Shown: in pieces, positions 1 through 11,053 of the stretch
How the letters are laid out: the number at the start of each line of letters is the position of its first letter
How positions within the stretch are numbered: position 1 is the stretch's first letter
From: Alphaproteobacteria bacterium
Lineage (GTDB): Bacteria > Pseudomonadota > Alphaproteobacteria > SP197
DNA length: 64,000 nucleotides
Reading direction: 5' to 3'
NCBI GenBank assembly: GCA_964291265.2
Contig: OZ219747.1
Span: 3,168,001-3,232,000, forward strand
Program-made: the position numbers and the translations under genes
Notes under the pieces: model-generated
Databases searched by the model: none
Told to the model about the DNA's origin: nothing
The model's input: only the letters and a program-made list of their open reading frames with translations

Positions 1-1490
1 AAGGGTCCCTGCGGGCCGTGGTGGCGACCTCGACACTCGATCTCGGCGTGGACTGGGGGGCAGTCGACCTTGTCGTCCAGATCGGCGCCCCAAAGGGTGT
101 GGTGCGCATGCTCCAGCGCATTGGTCGGGCCCGTCACCGCCTGGAAGAACCGTCCCGGGCGTTGCTGGTACCGGCCAACCGCTTCGAACTCCTGGAGTGC
201 CAGGCGGTTCTCGATGCCATGGGAGAGGGCATTCTGGACGGTGCCCCGCGAGAGCGGGGCGGCCTTGATGTGCTTGCCCAGCATGTCCTTGCAACCGCTG
301 CCAGCGGGCCCTTCGATCCCGACACCCTCTACTGTGACGTGATCAAGGCTCCCCCTTATGCGAACCTCGAACGCGGCCAGTTCGATCGCATCGTCGACTA
401 TGTCGCCACGGGCAGTTATGCCCTCGTTGCCTATGAACGCTTCCGGCGCCTTCTGGCATGTGACAATGGAATGCTGCGCATCGCCAACGAGGAGACGGCA
501 CGGCGCTTCCGCATGAACGCCGGCACCATCGTCGAGGAAGCCAGGCTGAAGGTGCGGATGAAGAACGGCAAGGAGATCGGCGAGGTCGAGGAGCACTTCG
601 TGCTCGGTCTATCTCCCGGCGAGACCTTCGCCTTTGCCGGGGAGGTGTGGGCGCTTGTCGGCATCAGGGAGACCGACGCGATCGTCACGAGGGCGCGCGG
701 TGGCGAGCCGCGCGTACCGGTCTACGGCGGCGGCTCCTTTCCTCCCACCACCAACGTGGCCGGATTTCTCAGAAGGATCCTGGCGGAGCCGGCTCGGCGC
801 GCCGTCCTCCCTGACGACGTGAGGGAGTGGCTGGGTGCTCAGGCGGAATGTTCGACCCTGCCCGGTGTCGATGATCTCCTCATCGAGGCCTTCCCCCGCG
901 CGGGCAAGGAGTTTATCGTTGCCTATCCATTCGAAGGGCGCCCGGCTCATCAGACACTGGGCATGCTGATGACAAGGCGCATGGAACGAATGGGCGTCGG
1001 TCCTCTGGGGTTCGTCGCCAATGACTATGCCCTTGCCATCTGGAGCCTCCGCCATGTCGGGGATGTCGCGACCCTCGTCGATGAGTCGCTCCTGCTGGAG
1101 GATCTCGACGACTGGCTCTCCGAGTCCAGCCTCCTGAAACGCTCCTTCCGGAAAGTGGCGACGGTAGCCGGCCTCATCGAGCGCCAGCACCCCGGCCATC
1201 GCAAGACCGGGCGCCAGGTCACGTTCTCCACCGACCTCATCTATGATGTGCTGCGTCGCCACGAGCCCGATCATGTCCTCCTCGAGGCGGCACGAAGGGA
1301 AGCCATGGAGACGCTTCTTGAAACCCACCGCCTTGAGGACATGCTGGCGAGGGTCAAGGGACGCATTGTCCAGCGTGATCTTGATGCGGTCTCGCCTCTT
1401 GCCCTCCCGGTCATGCTGGAGGTCGGACGCCAGATGGTGGCCTCATCCGCCCTAGACGATCTCATCGACGCATTCGGAGATGATTCATGA
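1..1490 (+). CDS. Lhr-like DEXH-box helicase (ligase-associated DNA damage response), 5'-truncated by window edge
   Basis: ATSTLDLGVDWG and QRIGRARH helicase motifs, Lhr C-terminal region; coupled to downstream metallophosphoesterase. Confidence 0.9.
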   Translation, partial: GSLRAVVATSTLDLGVDWGAVDLVVQIGAPKGVVRMLQRIGRARHRLEEPSRALLVPANRFELLECQAVLDAMGEGILDGAPRERGGLDVLAQHVLATAASGPFDPDTLYCDVIKAPPYANLERGQFDRIVDYVATGSYALVAYERFRRLLACDNGMLRIANEETARRFRMNAGTIVEEARLKVRMKNGKEIGEVEEHFVLGLSPGETFAFAGEVWALVGIRETDAIVTRARGGEPRVPVYGGGSFPPTTNVAGFLRRILAEPARRAVLPDDVREWLGAQAECSTLPGVDDLLIEAFPRAGKEFIVAYPFEGRPAHQTLGMLMTRRMERMGVGPLGFVANDYALAIWSLRHVGDVATLVDESLLLEDLDDWLSESSLLKRSFRKVATVAGLIERQHPGHRKTGRQVTFSTDLIYDVLRRHEPDHVLLEAARREAMETLLETHRLEDMLARVKGRIVQRDLDAVSPLALPVMLEVGRQMVASSALDDLIDAFGDDS

Positions 1491-2167
1491 TCGTCAACGG
1501 TGCGATGCTGCAGCCGGACCCGGCCGGAGTCCTCCACTGGGCTGACGCGAGCCTGCTTGCTGTCGCCGATCTTCATCTGGGCAAGGGGAAGGCCTTCGCC
1601 CGTCACGGATCATTGCTGCCACCGCATGACACGAACGCTACCATCCAGCGCCTGGCGGAAGCCATCGCCCGACTTGAACCGGAGTGCGTCGTCTGTCTCG
1701 GCGACAGCTTTCACGATCGCGAGGCTGTCGGCGGACTGGACCAGGTCTCTCTTGCGACGCTGGAGGATCTGGCATGTGGGCGTGACTGGATCTGGATTGC
1801 CGGCAACCACGACCCGGCGCCGCCCGCAATGCTCTCCGGGCGCGCCATGGAGACCTTCAGGAAGGGTGGTCTGACATTCCGCCACGAACCGTCGTGCGCC
1901 ATGGTGGCAGGCGAGGTCTCGGGTCACCTCCATCCTTCGGCCGTCATTGCCCCGAAGGGGACGAGAATTCGACGCCGCTGTTTCGCCGGCGACGAAAGAC
2001 GGGTCATCCTGCCGGCGTTTGGCGCCTATGCGGGCGGGCTCGATGTTCACGAAAGGGCGTTTTCCGGATTGTTTCCGACGGGTTTCGATGTCTGGCTTGT
2101 CGGGAGCAGGGAGATGCGACGCATCTCCGGTGAACGTCTGGTCCGGCCCGCATGGATTGAGTCGTGA
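1487..2167 (+). CDS. pdeM: Ligase-associated DNA damage response metallophosphoesterase/endonuclease (PdeM-like)
   Basis: ADLHLGK, LGDSFHD, GNHD, SGHLHP, LPAFGAYAGG motifs; ATGA overlap with lhr. Confidence 0.85.
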   Translation: MIVNGAMLQPDPAGVLHWADASLLAVADLHLGKGKAFARHGSLLPPHDTNATIQRLAEAIARLEPECVVCLGDSFHDREAVGGLDQVSLATLEDLACGRDWIWIAGNHDPAPPAMLSGRAMETFRKGGLTFRHEPSCAMVAGEVSGHLHPSAVIAPKGTRIRRRCFAGDERRVILPAFGAYAGGLDVHERAFSGLFPTGFDVWLVGSREMRRISGERLVRPAWIES

Positions 2168-2856
2168 CCGGCGAGGAGATGCAGCACATGACCGACGCGC
2201 AACCACATCCGCCCGACCACCCCAGACGCAGGATATGGGCGCGACTGCGAGCCTACTTCATCACCGGCATCATCGTCGTGGCGCCCCTGGCCCTGACGGT
2301 CTATCTCGTCACGTTCATCGTCGGCTTCATCGACGAGAATGTGCTGCCGCTGCTGGGCGAAACCTGGAATCCGGAGAACTACCTGCCCTTTGCCGTGCCT
2401 GGCATCGGGGTGGTCATCTTCGTGGTCGCCATCACCTTCACCGGCTGGCTGGCCACCGGACTGATCGGCCGCACCGTGGTCAGCATGGGAGAACGGCTGC
2501 TCGAACGCATGCCGGTGGTTCGTTCGGTCTATTCGGTGTTCAAGCAGATATTCGAGACCGTCTTTTCGCACGATTCCAGGGCCTTTCGCGACGTCGTGCT
2601 GATCTCGTGGCCACGCAAGGGATGCTGGGCCATCGGATTCGCCACGGGGTCTGCGAAAGGGGAGGTACGGGACGCCATCGGCGACGATGTGGTCAACATC
2701 TTCCTGCCGACAACGCCCAATCCGACATCGGGCTACCTGCTGTTCCTGCCCAGGAAGGACGTCGTCTTTCTCGACATGTCGGTCGAACAGGGCATCAAGC
2801 TGGTGATTTCCGGTGGCGTGGTGACGCCCGAGATGGTGGCCGCCAACACCCGTTGA
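2164..2856 (+). CDS. DUF502 family membrane protein
   Basis: Two TM segments and FLPTTPNPTSGYL signature. Confidence 0.9.
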   Translation: MTGEEMQHMTDAQPHPPDHPRRRIWARLRAYFITGIIVVAPLALTVYLVTFIVGFIDENVLPLLGETWNPENYLPFAVPGIGVVIFVVAITFTGWLATGLIGRTVVSMGERLLERMPVVRSVYSVFKQIFETVFSHDSRAFRDVVLISWPRKGCWAIGFATGSAKGEVRDAIGDDVVNIFLPTTPNPTSGYLLFLPRKDVVFLDMSVEQGIKLVISGGVVTPEMVAANTR

Positions 2857-3423
2857 TCGGGTCGCATTCCAGGGAACACGATCACATGGCGCCCATGGCA
2901 GGTCCCTGCCAAGCGCAGGTCATGGGGGTCGTCCTGGTTCGGGAACCGTCCGCGCGTGATTCGACGAGGAAGCAGCAGGCGAGAGGGGGTGGGCGACCGC
3001 AGGCAAGCGGACAAGGCTTGCCGTCATGTCGGTTATCCTGCTCGGGTATGCATTTTCGATTTCCAGTGCGACAGTCGAGTTTGCATGACCGGGTGAGTTT
3101 CCGTCCGGACGCTCTGATCCGGGGGAAACGGTGATGGCGGCATGGTACGGATCAAGGGCGACGACGGGCCTGGACTGTCTGTTCAGGCTGCGCCTGATCA
3201 GGGGCGCGCGGCGGCTTGCCGAGCGTCTGATGGGCCGGGAAGGCCGGCAGGATGCAGGCTGAGGCCCGGGAGGGGGCCGGGTTTCGCCTGCAGGGCTGGA
3301 GCCGGTCGTGCGGTTGCGACATGGAGAAGCTCAGGCCTCCGGCAGATGAGCAACTTGTTGTCCGAACCGCTTGATGGCGTCTCTCAATGTGTGCATATAT
3401 ATGCGCATCTTTCGAGTGGCGCG

Positions 3424-3612
3424 ATGGAAACCAACCGAAGCAAGATCAAGCGCAGGCTGGAAAGGGAAGGCTGGCAGCTGACCCGTCACGGCTCCAATCA
3501 CGACATCTACCGACACACTCGCAGAAGCGGCACCATCACGTTGCCCCGCCACCGGACCTTCAGCCCAATGGTCGCCCGCTCCATTGCCGCAAAGGCCGGC
3601 TGGACGGACTAG
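3424..3612 (+). CDS. hicA: HicA family toxin (mRNA interferase)
   Basis: METNRSKIKRRLEREGWQLTRHGSNHDIYRH...ITLPRH; 62 aa, directly upstream of HicB. Confidence 0.85.
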   Translation: METNRSKIKRRLEREGWQLTRHGSNHDIYRHTRRSGTITLPRHRTFSPMVARSIAAKAGWTD

Positions 3613-3624
3613 GAGGAAGCAGTC

Positions 3625-4011
3625 ATGACTCGATATCCCGCACTGATTGACGGAGAGACTGGAGCTTACGGCGTCACGTTCCCGGACCTGCCGGGTATCG
3701 TTGCCATGGGAAAGACACTCGATGACGCGCTCGTCAACGCCGAGGAAGCACTGCGCGACTGCGTGATCGAAGCGGAAAGGCACGGAGAAAGGGTTGCCGT
3801 CCCGACCGCCATTGAGAGTGTGGACACCCCGCATGGGTGTACACTCGTCTCCGTTCCACTGATTCAACCTTCGGGCCGCAGCGTCCGCGCCAATCTGTCC
3901 CTCGACGAGGGTGTCGCAGCCTTCATCGACGACGAGGCGAGACGGCGCGGAATGACGCGCACGGCCTACGTGGAATGGATGGCGCGGCGCGTTGCCCAGA
4001 TGGGGGGATAG
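3625..4011 (+). CDS. hicB: HicB family antitoxin
   Basis: YPALI...YGVTFPDLPG...GKTLDDALVNAEEAL plus C-terminal RHH-like segment; AGGAGG RBS. Confidence 0.9.
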   Translation: MTRYPALIDGETGAYGVTFPDLPGIVAMGKTLDDALVNAEEALRDCVIEAERHGERVAVPTAIESVDTPHGCTLVSVPLIQPSGRSVRANLSLDEGVAAFIDDEARRRGMTRTAYVEWMARRVAQMGG

Positions 4012-4439
4012 GTGATTCATGGCACGTGCACGTACACCCGTCGCGCTTCGCAACTCCGCGGCCAAGAGAGACCTCGCAAGAGTGAGCTGCTCTGGGAGAT
4101 GATCGTGCCCCCTTTGGCTCAAATCTCAAGGATGGCGCGGAGTCGCAAGGCGGCACAGGGCATCCGAAAGACGTCTGGATCTGGACCGGTTGCAGACCTG
4201 TTTCCGCGTTGAGGGCAAGGAGGTTGCTGTCGCGATCCAGATACTGATGATCTGCGAAAGCAGTCTCCTTGACTGCTTGATGTCCGCCTTCGGCAAGGTG
4301 CAGGCGTTGTCCAGACCGGCGAGTGGCATGAGTCCGGCATGGTCATGTCGGGCTCGTCTGCACCGTTCAATGCGGCGCGCATGGCGGAGGCAGCTGTTCT
4401 CCCTGGTGGTGATACCGACACCGCACACGAGGTTTGCCC

Positions 4440-4720
4440 AAGCGCGGCGGAAGCGTTCGGATCTTGATGAGAGCGTGGACGGTGAGGGAGAACTGTCCAC
4501 CGGCGATGCGCCATCGCATGCCGGATCGCTTCATTCTCTGTGTGACGAGCGTTTTTTGGTGGCTTCGGCGACAACACCCGAGCCGATGGCGGTGCTTCGG
4601 TCTCCGAGGTTGCGGTATCGCATGCGCTTGCGGAAGAAGGCGAGTTCGCGCTCGATGGCCGCGCGCGCAGCGCGGGTTCCTGGCGGGCTTGTCGCGGACG
4701 TAGCGCGGTGCCCTCATGGC
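4440..4720 (-). pseudogene. ISKra4-family transposase C-terminal remnant (frameshifted)
   Basis: ELAFFRKRMRY..AIGSGVV and KTLVTQRMKRSGMRWRIAGGQ in different frames; matches the C-terminus of 19675..21063. Confidence 0.8.
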
Positions 4721-4734
4721 CCCAGGCGCTGCCT

Positions 4735-4945
4735 TGGGATCTTGTCGCAGGATATGGCGGCAAGCCTCGAACTGGCGGGAATCGACGCCAAGGTCGGAGG
4801 CTGTGCGGAGATGCTCGCAGGCGTGCAGCGCGCGTTCCGGAACGCCAGGAGCCACCTCCGGATCCGCCCGGTCTGCGTCTCCTCGCCGGATTCCGTCCGT
4901 GCCCACGTGTTCCTGTGCATGCCGGCCCTGCACAGTCTTGGATAG
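4735..4945 (+). pseudogene. IS1634-family transposase remnant
   Basis: LAGVQRAFRNARSHLRIRPV...VRAHVFLCM resembles LSSVERAFRSLKTVDLKVRPV...VRAHVFLCM of the intact copies. Confidence 0.75.
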
Positions 4946-5099
4946 CGGGGTGATCCACCGTCGCAACAAGCCGCCGTTCCTATCGCGCTTCCGGCATGTC
5001 GCCACCTGAAGGAACGCGACGAAGCCCATCGTGTGCCGCCGCTGATGGGTCAGCGTGAGGGAGAGGCCTTGACTGTCGGGGCCTCGCGGTTGGTGAGCA

Positions 5100-7184
5100 T
5101 CAACCGGATGCGAGGAACCTGACGGCCTCCTGCCGCTCGAAGAGATGGAGGAGGACGGAAAGGGCACGACCTCGTTCGCCCTCGAGGCCGGGATCGCGGG
5201 CAAGAATGAGCCTGGCGTCGTCGTGGGCAGCCTGGAGAAGGCGCGTTGCGGCGCTTTGGTCTGCGAGACGGAATCTCGGCAGACCGCTTTGCCTTGCGCC
5301 GAGCAGTTCTCCCCCTCCTCTCAGGCGCAGATCCTCTTCGGCGATCTCGAAACCGTCATTGCTGTGCCTGAGGATCTCGAGACGCCTGCGTGCCGTGTCG
5401 TTGAGGGGAGGAACGTAGAGCAGCAGGCACGATGACGGGGTGCTGCCGCGCCCGACCCGGCCGCGGAGCTGGTGCAACTGGGCGAGACCGAAACGCTCGG
5501 CATGTTCGATGACCATGATGGTGGCCTGTGCCACGTCGAGACCAACCTCGACCGCCGTCGTCGCCACGAGGACGGCAATGGCGCCATTGGCGAATCCCGC
5601 AAGCACATCGTCCTTGTCAGCGGTGCTCATGCGTCCGTGTATGAGACCGACCCGTTCTCCGAAGACCCGCTTGAGATGGCGAAACCGGTCTTCGGCAGCG
5701 ACCATGTCGTGCGCTTCGTTCTGCTCGATGGCAGGGCAGATCCAGTAAGCCCGGTCGCCACGTCCGATGGCGCGGCCGAGGGCTGTCACCACTTCGTCGA
5801 GGCGTGCGGTCGGCATGGCGCGCGTGGTGATGTCCTGGCGTCCAGGCAGGCGTTCGTCAAGACGAGTCACGTCGAGACCGCCGTAACCCGTCATCTGCAG
5901 GGTTCGTGGTATGGGCGTGGCGGTCATCACAAGCGTGTCGACAGCGTGTCCCTTGGCTGCCAGGGCAATGCGCTGGTGCACGCCGAAACGATGCTGTTCA
6001 TCGACGACGATGAGCGCCAGGTCATGGAATTCGGTGCCTCCGGACAACAGGGCATGGGTTCCGACAGCCAGATGCGACATTCCGTTGGCGATTCCCCGAA
6101 GACCGGCGTCGCGCTTCGCTCTCCGGTCACGTCCGGTCACGAGAACAATGTCGATGCCGGTGCCGCATGTGAGATCGACGATGGTGCGATAGTGCTGTCG
6201 GGCGAGGATTTCCGTGGGCGCCAGCAACGCAGCCTGATGACCGGCCTCCACCGCCGCCAGCATGGCCTGCACGGCCACCAGTGTCTTGCCGCTTCCCACG
6301 TCACCCTGCAGGAGACGCAGCATGGGAAAGGGGGCCTCCATGTCGAGAATGATGTCGCGGACCGCGCCGTTCTGTGCCTGCGTCATGCGGAAGGGAAGCG
6401 AACGCTCAACTCGTGTGCGCAGGCTGCCGTCGCCTCTGAGCGAGCGGCCAGACGTTGACCGCCGTCCGGCTTTCACCAGAGCCAGAGCGAGCTGGTTGCC
6501 AAGGAGTTCGTCGAAGGCGAGGCGATCACGCGCCTCGGGGTCTCCAGAGAGTTCATCCAGGTCCCGGGGCCGGTGAATGCGCCTGATCGCGTCGGACCAC
6601 GATGGCCAGCCGTTCTGCTTCAGCCATGCCCGGTCCTGCCACTCGGGCAGTTCCGGGGTGCGTTCCAGTGCCAGCGCGATGAGTCGTCGCATGGTTGGCG
6701 CGCCGAGACCCCCCACAAGGGAATAGACCGGTTCCAGGTGTGCCAGGCAGTCGCTGCCACCCGGCTCCGCAACGTGGTCGGGGTGGACCATCTTCAGGCG
6801 GTCGGCGAATTGTTCAATCCGGCCGCTTACGAGTTTCCTCGAACCGATGGGGAGAAGTTTCGTGAGCCACGACTCGCTGGCACGGAAGTAGACGAGATCG
6901 AGTTTCCGGCCGGTATCGTCTGTCGTCACGATTCGCCAGGGATGACGCGGCGTTCCCGGGCGCCTGTGGCTTTCCACAGTCACGTGAACACTGACCAGGG
7001 TCCCCGGAGCGGCCCCCTCGAGATCAGGAACTTGCCGGCGATTGATGATGGAGGTTGGCAGGTGCCAGAGGAGATCCACGATTCTGGGGCCGGCCAGGCC
7101 AGAAATCAGCGAGGCGGTCCTGTTGCCGACTCGCGGAAGCGCCGTCACCGGTTCAAACAGGGGGAAGAGAATCGCCGGTCTCAT
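5100..7184 (-). CDS. recG: ATP-dependent DNA helicase RecG
   Basis: QGDVGSGKT, DEQHRFG, TATPIPRT, QLRGRVGR, DLRLRGGGELLG. Confidence 0.97.
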   Translation of the reverse strand: MRPAILFPLFEPVTALPRVGNRTASLISGLAGPRIVDLLWHLPTSIINRRQVPDLEGAAPGTLVSVHVTVESHRRPGTPRHPWRIVTTDDTGRKLDLVYFRASESWLTKLLPIGSRKLVSGRIEQFADRLKMVHPDHVAEPGGSDCLAHLEPVYSLVGGLGAPTMRRLIALALERTPELPEWQDRAWLKQNGWPSWSDAIRRIHRPRDLDELSGDPEARDRLAFDELLGNQLALALVKAGRRSTSGRSLRGDGSLRTRVERSLPFRMTQAQNGAVRDIILDMEAPFPMLRLLQGDVGSGKTLVAVQAMLAAVEAGHQAALLAPTEILARQHYRTIVDLTCGTGIDIVLVTGRDRRAKRDAGLRGIANGMSHLAVGTHALLSGGTEFHDLALIVVDEQHRFGVHQRIALAAKGHAVDTLVMTATPIPRTLQMTGYGGLDVTRLDERLPGRQDITTRAMPTARLDEVVTALGRAIGRGDRAYWICPAIEQNEAHDMVAAEDRFRHLKRVFGERVGLIHGRMSTADKDDVLAGFANGAIAVLVATTAVEVGLDVAQATIMVIEHAERFGLAQLHQLRGRVGRGSTPSSCLLLYVPPLNDTARRRLEILRHSNDGFEIAEEDLRLRGGGELLGARQSGLPRFRLADQSAATRLLQAAHDDARLILARDPGLEGERGRALSVLLHLFERQEAVRFLASG

Positions 7185-7257
7185 GGGCGACGAGCATACA
7201 CCGGCACTGGAGTGTCCGTGACATCGCCTGGATCACGCTTTAGATGGAGCCTTCCCT

Positions 7258-7533
7258 GTGCTGGCGCGGCGCATGACAGAAGACGACAACGCACACCTGC
7301 AACGGCTTCGCTACCGGGCATCGCGTCGCGGTTCCCGTGAGCTTGACCTGTTGCTCGGGAGATATGCCGAACATGCGCTTGAAGCGATGAACGAGGACGA
7401 GCTTGAAGAGTTCGCCGCGTTTCTCAGGTGCCCGGATCCCCTCATTCAAGCGTGGATCATGAACGGTGACGAGGCTGCCGCAGGGGAGTTTGGAGAACTT
7501 GTAAAGCGGATTCAATTATTTCATGCACATTGA
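7258..7533 (+). CDS. sdhE: Succinate dehydrogenase flavinylation factor SdhE/Sdh5
   Basis: RLRYRASRRGSRELDLLLG motif; typical position between recG and mfd; start may be 7273. Confidence 0.88.
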   Translation: MLARRMTEDDNAHLQRLRYRASRRGSRELDLLLGRYAEHALEAMNEDELEEFAAFLRCPDPLIQAWIMNGDEAAAGEFGELVKRIQLFHAH

Positions 7534-10500
7534 TACATTACCGGCCCATGTCATTGATTCACTGAGATCTGGTGTTCTGAACACGGTATCGGGCGTACCG
7601 GAAGGGGTGGACGCCGTTCTGCTCGCAGGACTGCTTCAGCGCCATCCGGCACGCGATATCCTGATGGTTCTTCACGATGAGGAGCGGGCGCGGCGGCTGG
7701 CAGGCGCCCTCTCGTTTCTTGGAATCGGCGATTGCACACGGCTCTTTCCGGCCTGGGACTGTCTTCCCTATGACAGGGTGTCGCCGCATCCCGCCGTGGC
7801 GGGAGTGCGCCTCGCCCTCATGGGAGACCTGTGCGAACGACCCCCGGGCTCCGGTGGTCTTGTCGTGCTCACCACGGCACGGGCGATGCTGCAACGGGTC
7901 CCGCCGCCTACGTCGTGGCATGGCCGGCGCAAGCTCCTGCACAAGGGTGACAAGACGGATCCGGCCGCGCTCTTTCGCGATCTTCTCGCCATGGGTTACT
8001 CTAGGACAAGCGTGGTCATGGAGCAGGGAGACTGTGCGGCGCGGGGTGATATTCTCGATGTCTTTCCGCCCGCCCTGGCAGAACCCGCTCGTCTCGATTT
8101 TTTCGGAGACGAGGTCACCGGCATCCGTGCCTTTGATCCGCTGACCCAGCGTTCGACGGGACTCCTGGAGAGTCTCTCAATCGACCCGGCGAGCGAGGTG
8201 GCGCTCGACCCTGCCTCGATCAGGCTGTTCCGGGATCACTGGCGCGAACTCTTCGGCATGAACGCTCTTGCTGATCCCATCTATGAATCAGCTGTCGAGG
8301 GTGTGCGCACACCGGGAATGGAACACTGGCTCAGCCTCTTCTACCCGACCCTCGGCGCCTTTCCGGACTATCTCGGCGAGGACTGGATCCTGGTCTTCAC
8401 CGGAGATGTCGAGAACGCGTTGCGCGTCCACCTCGACACCGTCGAGGACCATTACGAGCACCGCGCGTCCGGGGATGCGGATGACGGTGTCGCCTATCAC
8501 GCCCCACCTCCCGAGGGTCTCTACCTCTCGATCGATGACTGGGCGACGATGGCGGGGAAGCGCACGGCCGTCAGACTGCTGGCCGAGACCCCTGATGCGG
8601 CCTCCGAAGAGGCGGTTGATGCCGGAGGACTGCGATCTCGGGACTTCCGCCTCGAGCGCATGAACGTTCGCATGCAACTCTTCGATTCCGTTGCCCGTCA
8701 CATTGCAGACGAGCAGGAAAAGGGCCGCCGGGTGATTGTTGCGGCGCTGGGAGAAGCGAGTCAGGGCAATCTTGCGACCATGCTGGAGAGTCACGGCGTC
8801 AAGGAAGTGGCGAAGGCAGGGGAGGACGACTGGCCTCAGGTGCCGGACACATGCGTTCCCGTCGTCGTTCTGCCGCTCGAGCATGGATTCGTGACAGGGG
8901 ATCTCAGTATTGTTGCCGAGCAGGACATTATCGGCGACCGAATCATGACACCGCGCCGGCGGCGCACGAAGCGTGATGCCGAGCGGTTTCTTCTGGAGGT
9001 GTCGCAGCTCGCCGAGGGCGACCATGTCGTTCACATCGACCACGGTATCGGTGTGTTCGAGGGCCTTCACACTGTCACGCTCGGCGGTGCGCCTCATGAC
9101 TGCCTGCGCATTCACTATGCGGGTGACGACGCCCTGCTCGTGCCGGTCGAGAACATCGAAACCCTGTCCCGCTACGGTTCGCACGATGTGCGTGTCCAGC
9201 TGGACCGTCTTGGCAGCGCCGCCTGGCAGGCACGTCAGGCGCGTCTTGCCAACCGCATCGAGGAGATGGCGGGAGACCTCCTCAAGACGGCCTCCGAGAG
9301 GCTCTTGCAGCCGGGACCCGTCATTCGCGTCGAAGAAGGGGCCTACACCGAATTCTGCTCACGCTTTTGCTTCCAGGAGACCGAGGATCAGGCGAAGGCC
9401 ATTGACGAGGTGTTCGATGACATGGCCTCGGGCCGCGCCATGGACAGGCTGGTGTGTGGCGACGTCGGTTTCGGCAAGACCGAGGTGGCCCTGCGCGCCG
9501 CGCTCGCCGCCGTTCTTGAAGGATACCAGGTGGCGGTGGTGGCTCCGACGACGCTGCTCGCCCGGCAGCACCACGAGACCTTTGTCGAACGGTTCCGGCA
9601 CCTGCCCGTCAACATTGCCCTGCTGTCCCGTCTCGTGACTTCCGGTGACGCATCGAGGACAAGGAAGGGAGTTGCGGCCGGGACCGTCGATATCGTGATC
9701 GGCACCCACGCCCTGCTGTCCCGCTCCATGTCCTTCGCCAACCTGGGTCTTCTCGTGATTGACGAGGAACAGCAATTCGGTGTGACCCACAAGGAGAGAC
9801 TCAAGCAGATCAAGGCCAATGTCCATGTCCTGACCCTGACCGCGACACCGATACCACGGACCCTGCAGATGGCGCTGAGCGGGGTGCGTGATCTCAGTCT
9901 CATCGTCACGCCGCCCGTCGATCGGCTCGCCATCAGGACGTTTGTCGGCACCTACGATTCGGTCACCATTCGCGAGGCGATCAGGCGCGAGCGCATGCGG
10001 GGCGGCCAGATCTATGTCGTGTGTCCCAGGGTGGCGGACCTCGGACGCATGCGCAAGGATCTGCAGAAGCTGGTCCCGGAAGCGCGGATCGCCGCTGCGC
10101 ACGGCAAACTGGATCCGGACAATCTCGAGAGCATCATGACGGCCTTCTACGAAGGCCGGATCGACATCCTGGTCTCCACCACGATCATCCAGTCCGGCCT
10201 CGACATTCCCAATGCCAACACGATGATCATTCACCGTTGCGATCGCTTCGGCCTGGGGCAGCTCTACCAGTTGCGCGGACGCATCGGCCGCTCCAGGGTG
10301 CGCGCCTATGCCTACATCACCCTGCCGCCCGGCATGAAACCCGGCAGGGACGCGATGCGGCGCCTCAAGGCTCTTTCTCAGATGGATTCGCTCGGCGCAG
10401 GGTTCTCCCTGGCAAGCCGCGACCTCGAGATTCGCGGCGCCGGCAATCTTCTTGGCCGGGAGCAGTCAGGTCACATCCGCGAAGTCGGGGTGGAACTCTA

Positions 10501-11053
10501 TCAGCAGATGGTCGAGGAAGCCGTCGAGAAGGTCCGTGCGGAACAGGAAGGACGGTCGCGGGCATCGCGGCATTCCTGGTCACCTGAAGTCAGTGTCGGC
10601 TCGGCTGTCCTGATACCGGACACGTGGGTTCGAGACCTTGACGTGAGACTCGTGCTCTACAGGCGTATTGCCGCGCTCGAGGATCGTGCCGGGATCGATG
10701 ACCTCAGAGAGGAACTGGTCGATCGTTTTGGCGAGCTTCCCGAAGAGGCCGACAATCTTCTGCGGATCATCGCCATCAAGGGCGACTGTCGACGCGCCGG
10801 AATTGCCCGGCTCGATGCCGGACCGCTCGGGGCCGTGGTGGCCTTTCATCAGCAGACATTCGCCGAACCGGAACGCCTGATCGATTGGATCACCGAGCAG
10901 AACGGACAAGCAAGGATGCGCCCCGACCAGACGCTGGTCGTGACAGGTTCGTGGGAACGGGTGAGGGATCGCCTCGACGGTGCCGAGATCCTGGCCTCGG
11001 ATCTTTCCGCCATCGCCCTTCGTGGTCACGAGACGGTGCAGCACCTCGGCTGA
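7523..11053 (+). CDS. mfd: Transcription-repair coupling factor
   Basis: FPAWDCLPYDRVSP, VVHIDHGIG RID domain, CGDVGFGKT, DEEQQFG, TRCF C-terminus. Confidence 0.97.
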   Translation: MHIDTLPAHVIDSLRSGVLNTVSGVPEGVDAVLLAGLLQRHPARDILMVLHDEERARRLAGALSFLGIGDCTRLFPAWDCLPYDRVSPHPAVAGVRLALMGDLCERPPGSGGLVVLTTARAMLQRVPPPTSWHGRRKLLHKGDKTDPAALFRDLLAMGYSRTSVVMEQGDCAARGDILDVFPPALAEPARLDFFGDEVTGIRAFDPLTQRSTGLLESLSIDPASEVALDPASIRLFRDHWRELFGMNALADPIYESAVEGVRTPGMEHWLSLFYPTLGAFPDYLGEDWILVFTGDVENALRVHLDTVEDHYEHRASGDADDGVAYHAPPPEGLYLSIDDWATMAGKRTAVRLLAETPDAASEEAVDAGGLRSRDFRLERMNVRMQLFDSVARHIADEQEKGRRVIVAALGEASQGNLATMLESHGVKEVAKAGEDDWPQVPDTCVPVVVLPLEHGFVTGDLSIVAEQDIIGDRIMTPRRRRTKRDAERFLLEVSQLAEGDHVVHIDHGIGVFEGLHTVTLGGAPHDCLRIHYAGDDALLVPVENIETLSRYGSHDVRVQLDRLGSAAWQARQARLANRIEEMAGDLLKTASERLLQPGPVIRVEEGAYTEFCSRFCFQETEDQAKAIDEVFDDMASGRAMDRLVCGDVGFGKTEVALRAALAAVLEGYQVAVVAPTTLLARQHHETFVERFRHLPVNIALLSRLVTSGDASRTRKGVAAGTVDIVIGTHALLSRSMSFANLGLLVIDEEQQFGVTHKERLKQIKANVHVLTLTATPIPRTLQMALSGVRDLSLIVTPPVDRLAIRTFVGTYDSVTIREAIRRERMRGGQIYVVCPRVADLGRMRKDLQKLVPEARIAAAHGKLDPDNLESIMTAFYEGRIDILVSTTIIQSGLDIPNANTMIIHRCDRFGLGQLYQLRGRIGRSRVRAYAYITLPPGMKPGRDAMRRLKALSQMDSLGAGFSLASRDLEIRGAGNLLGREQSGHIREVGVELYQQMVEEAVEKVRAEQEGRSRASRHSWSPEVSVGSAVLIPDTWVRDLDVRLVLYRRIAALEDRAGIDDLREELVDRFGELPEEADNLLRIIAIKGDCRRAGIARLDAGPLGAVVAFHQQTFAEPERLIDWITEQNGQARMRPDQTLVVTGSWERVRDRLDGAEILASDLSAIALRGHETVQHLG

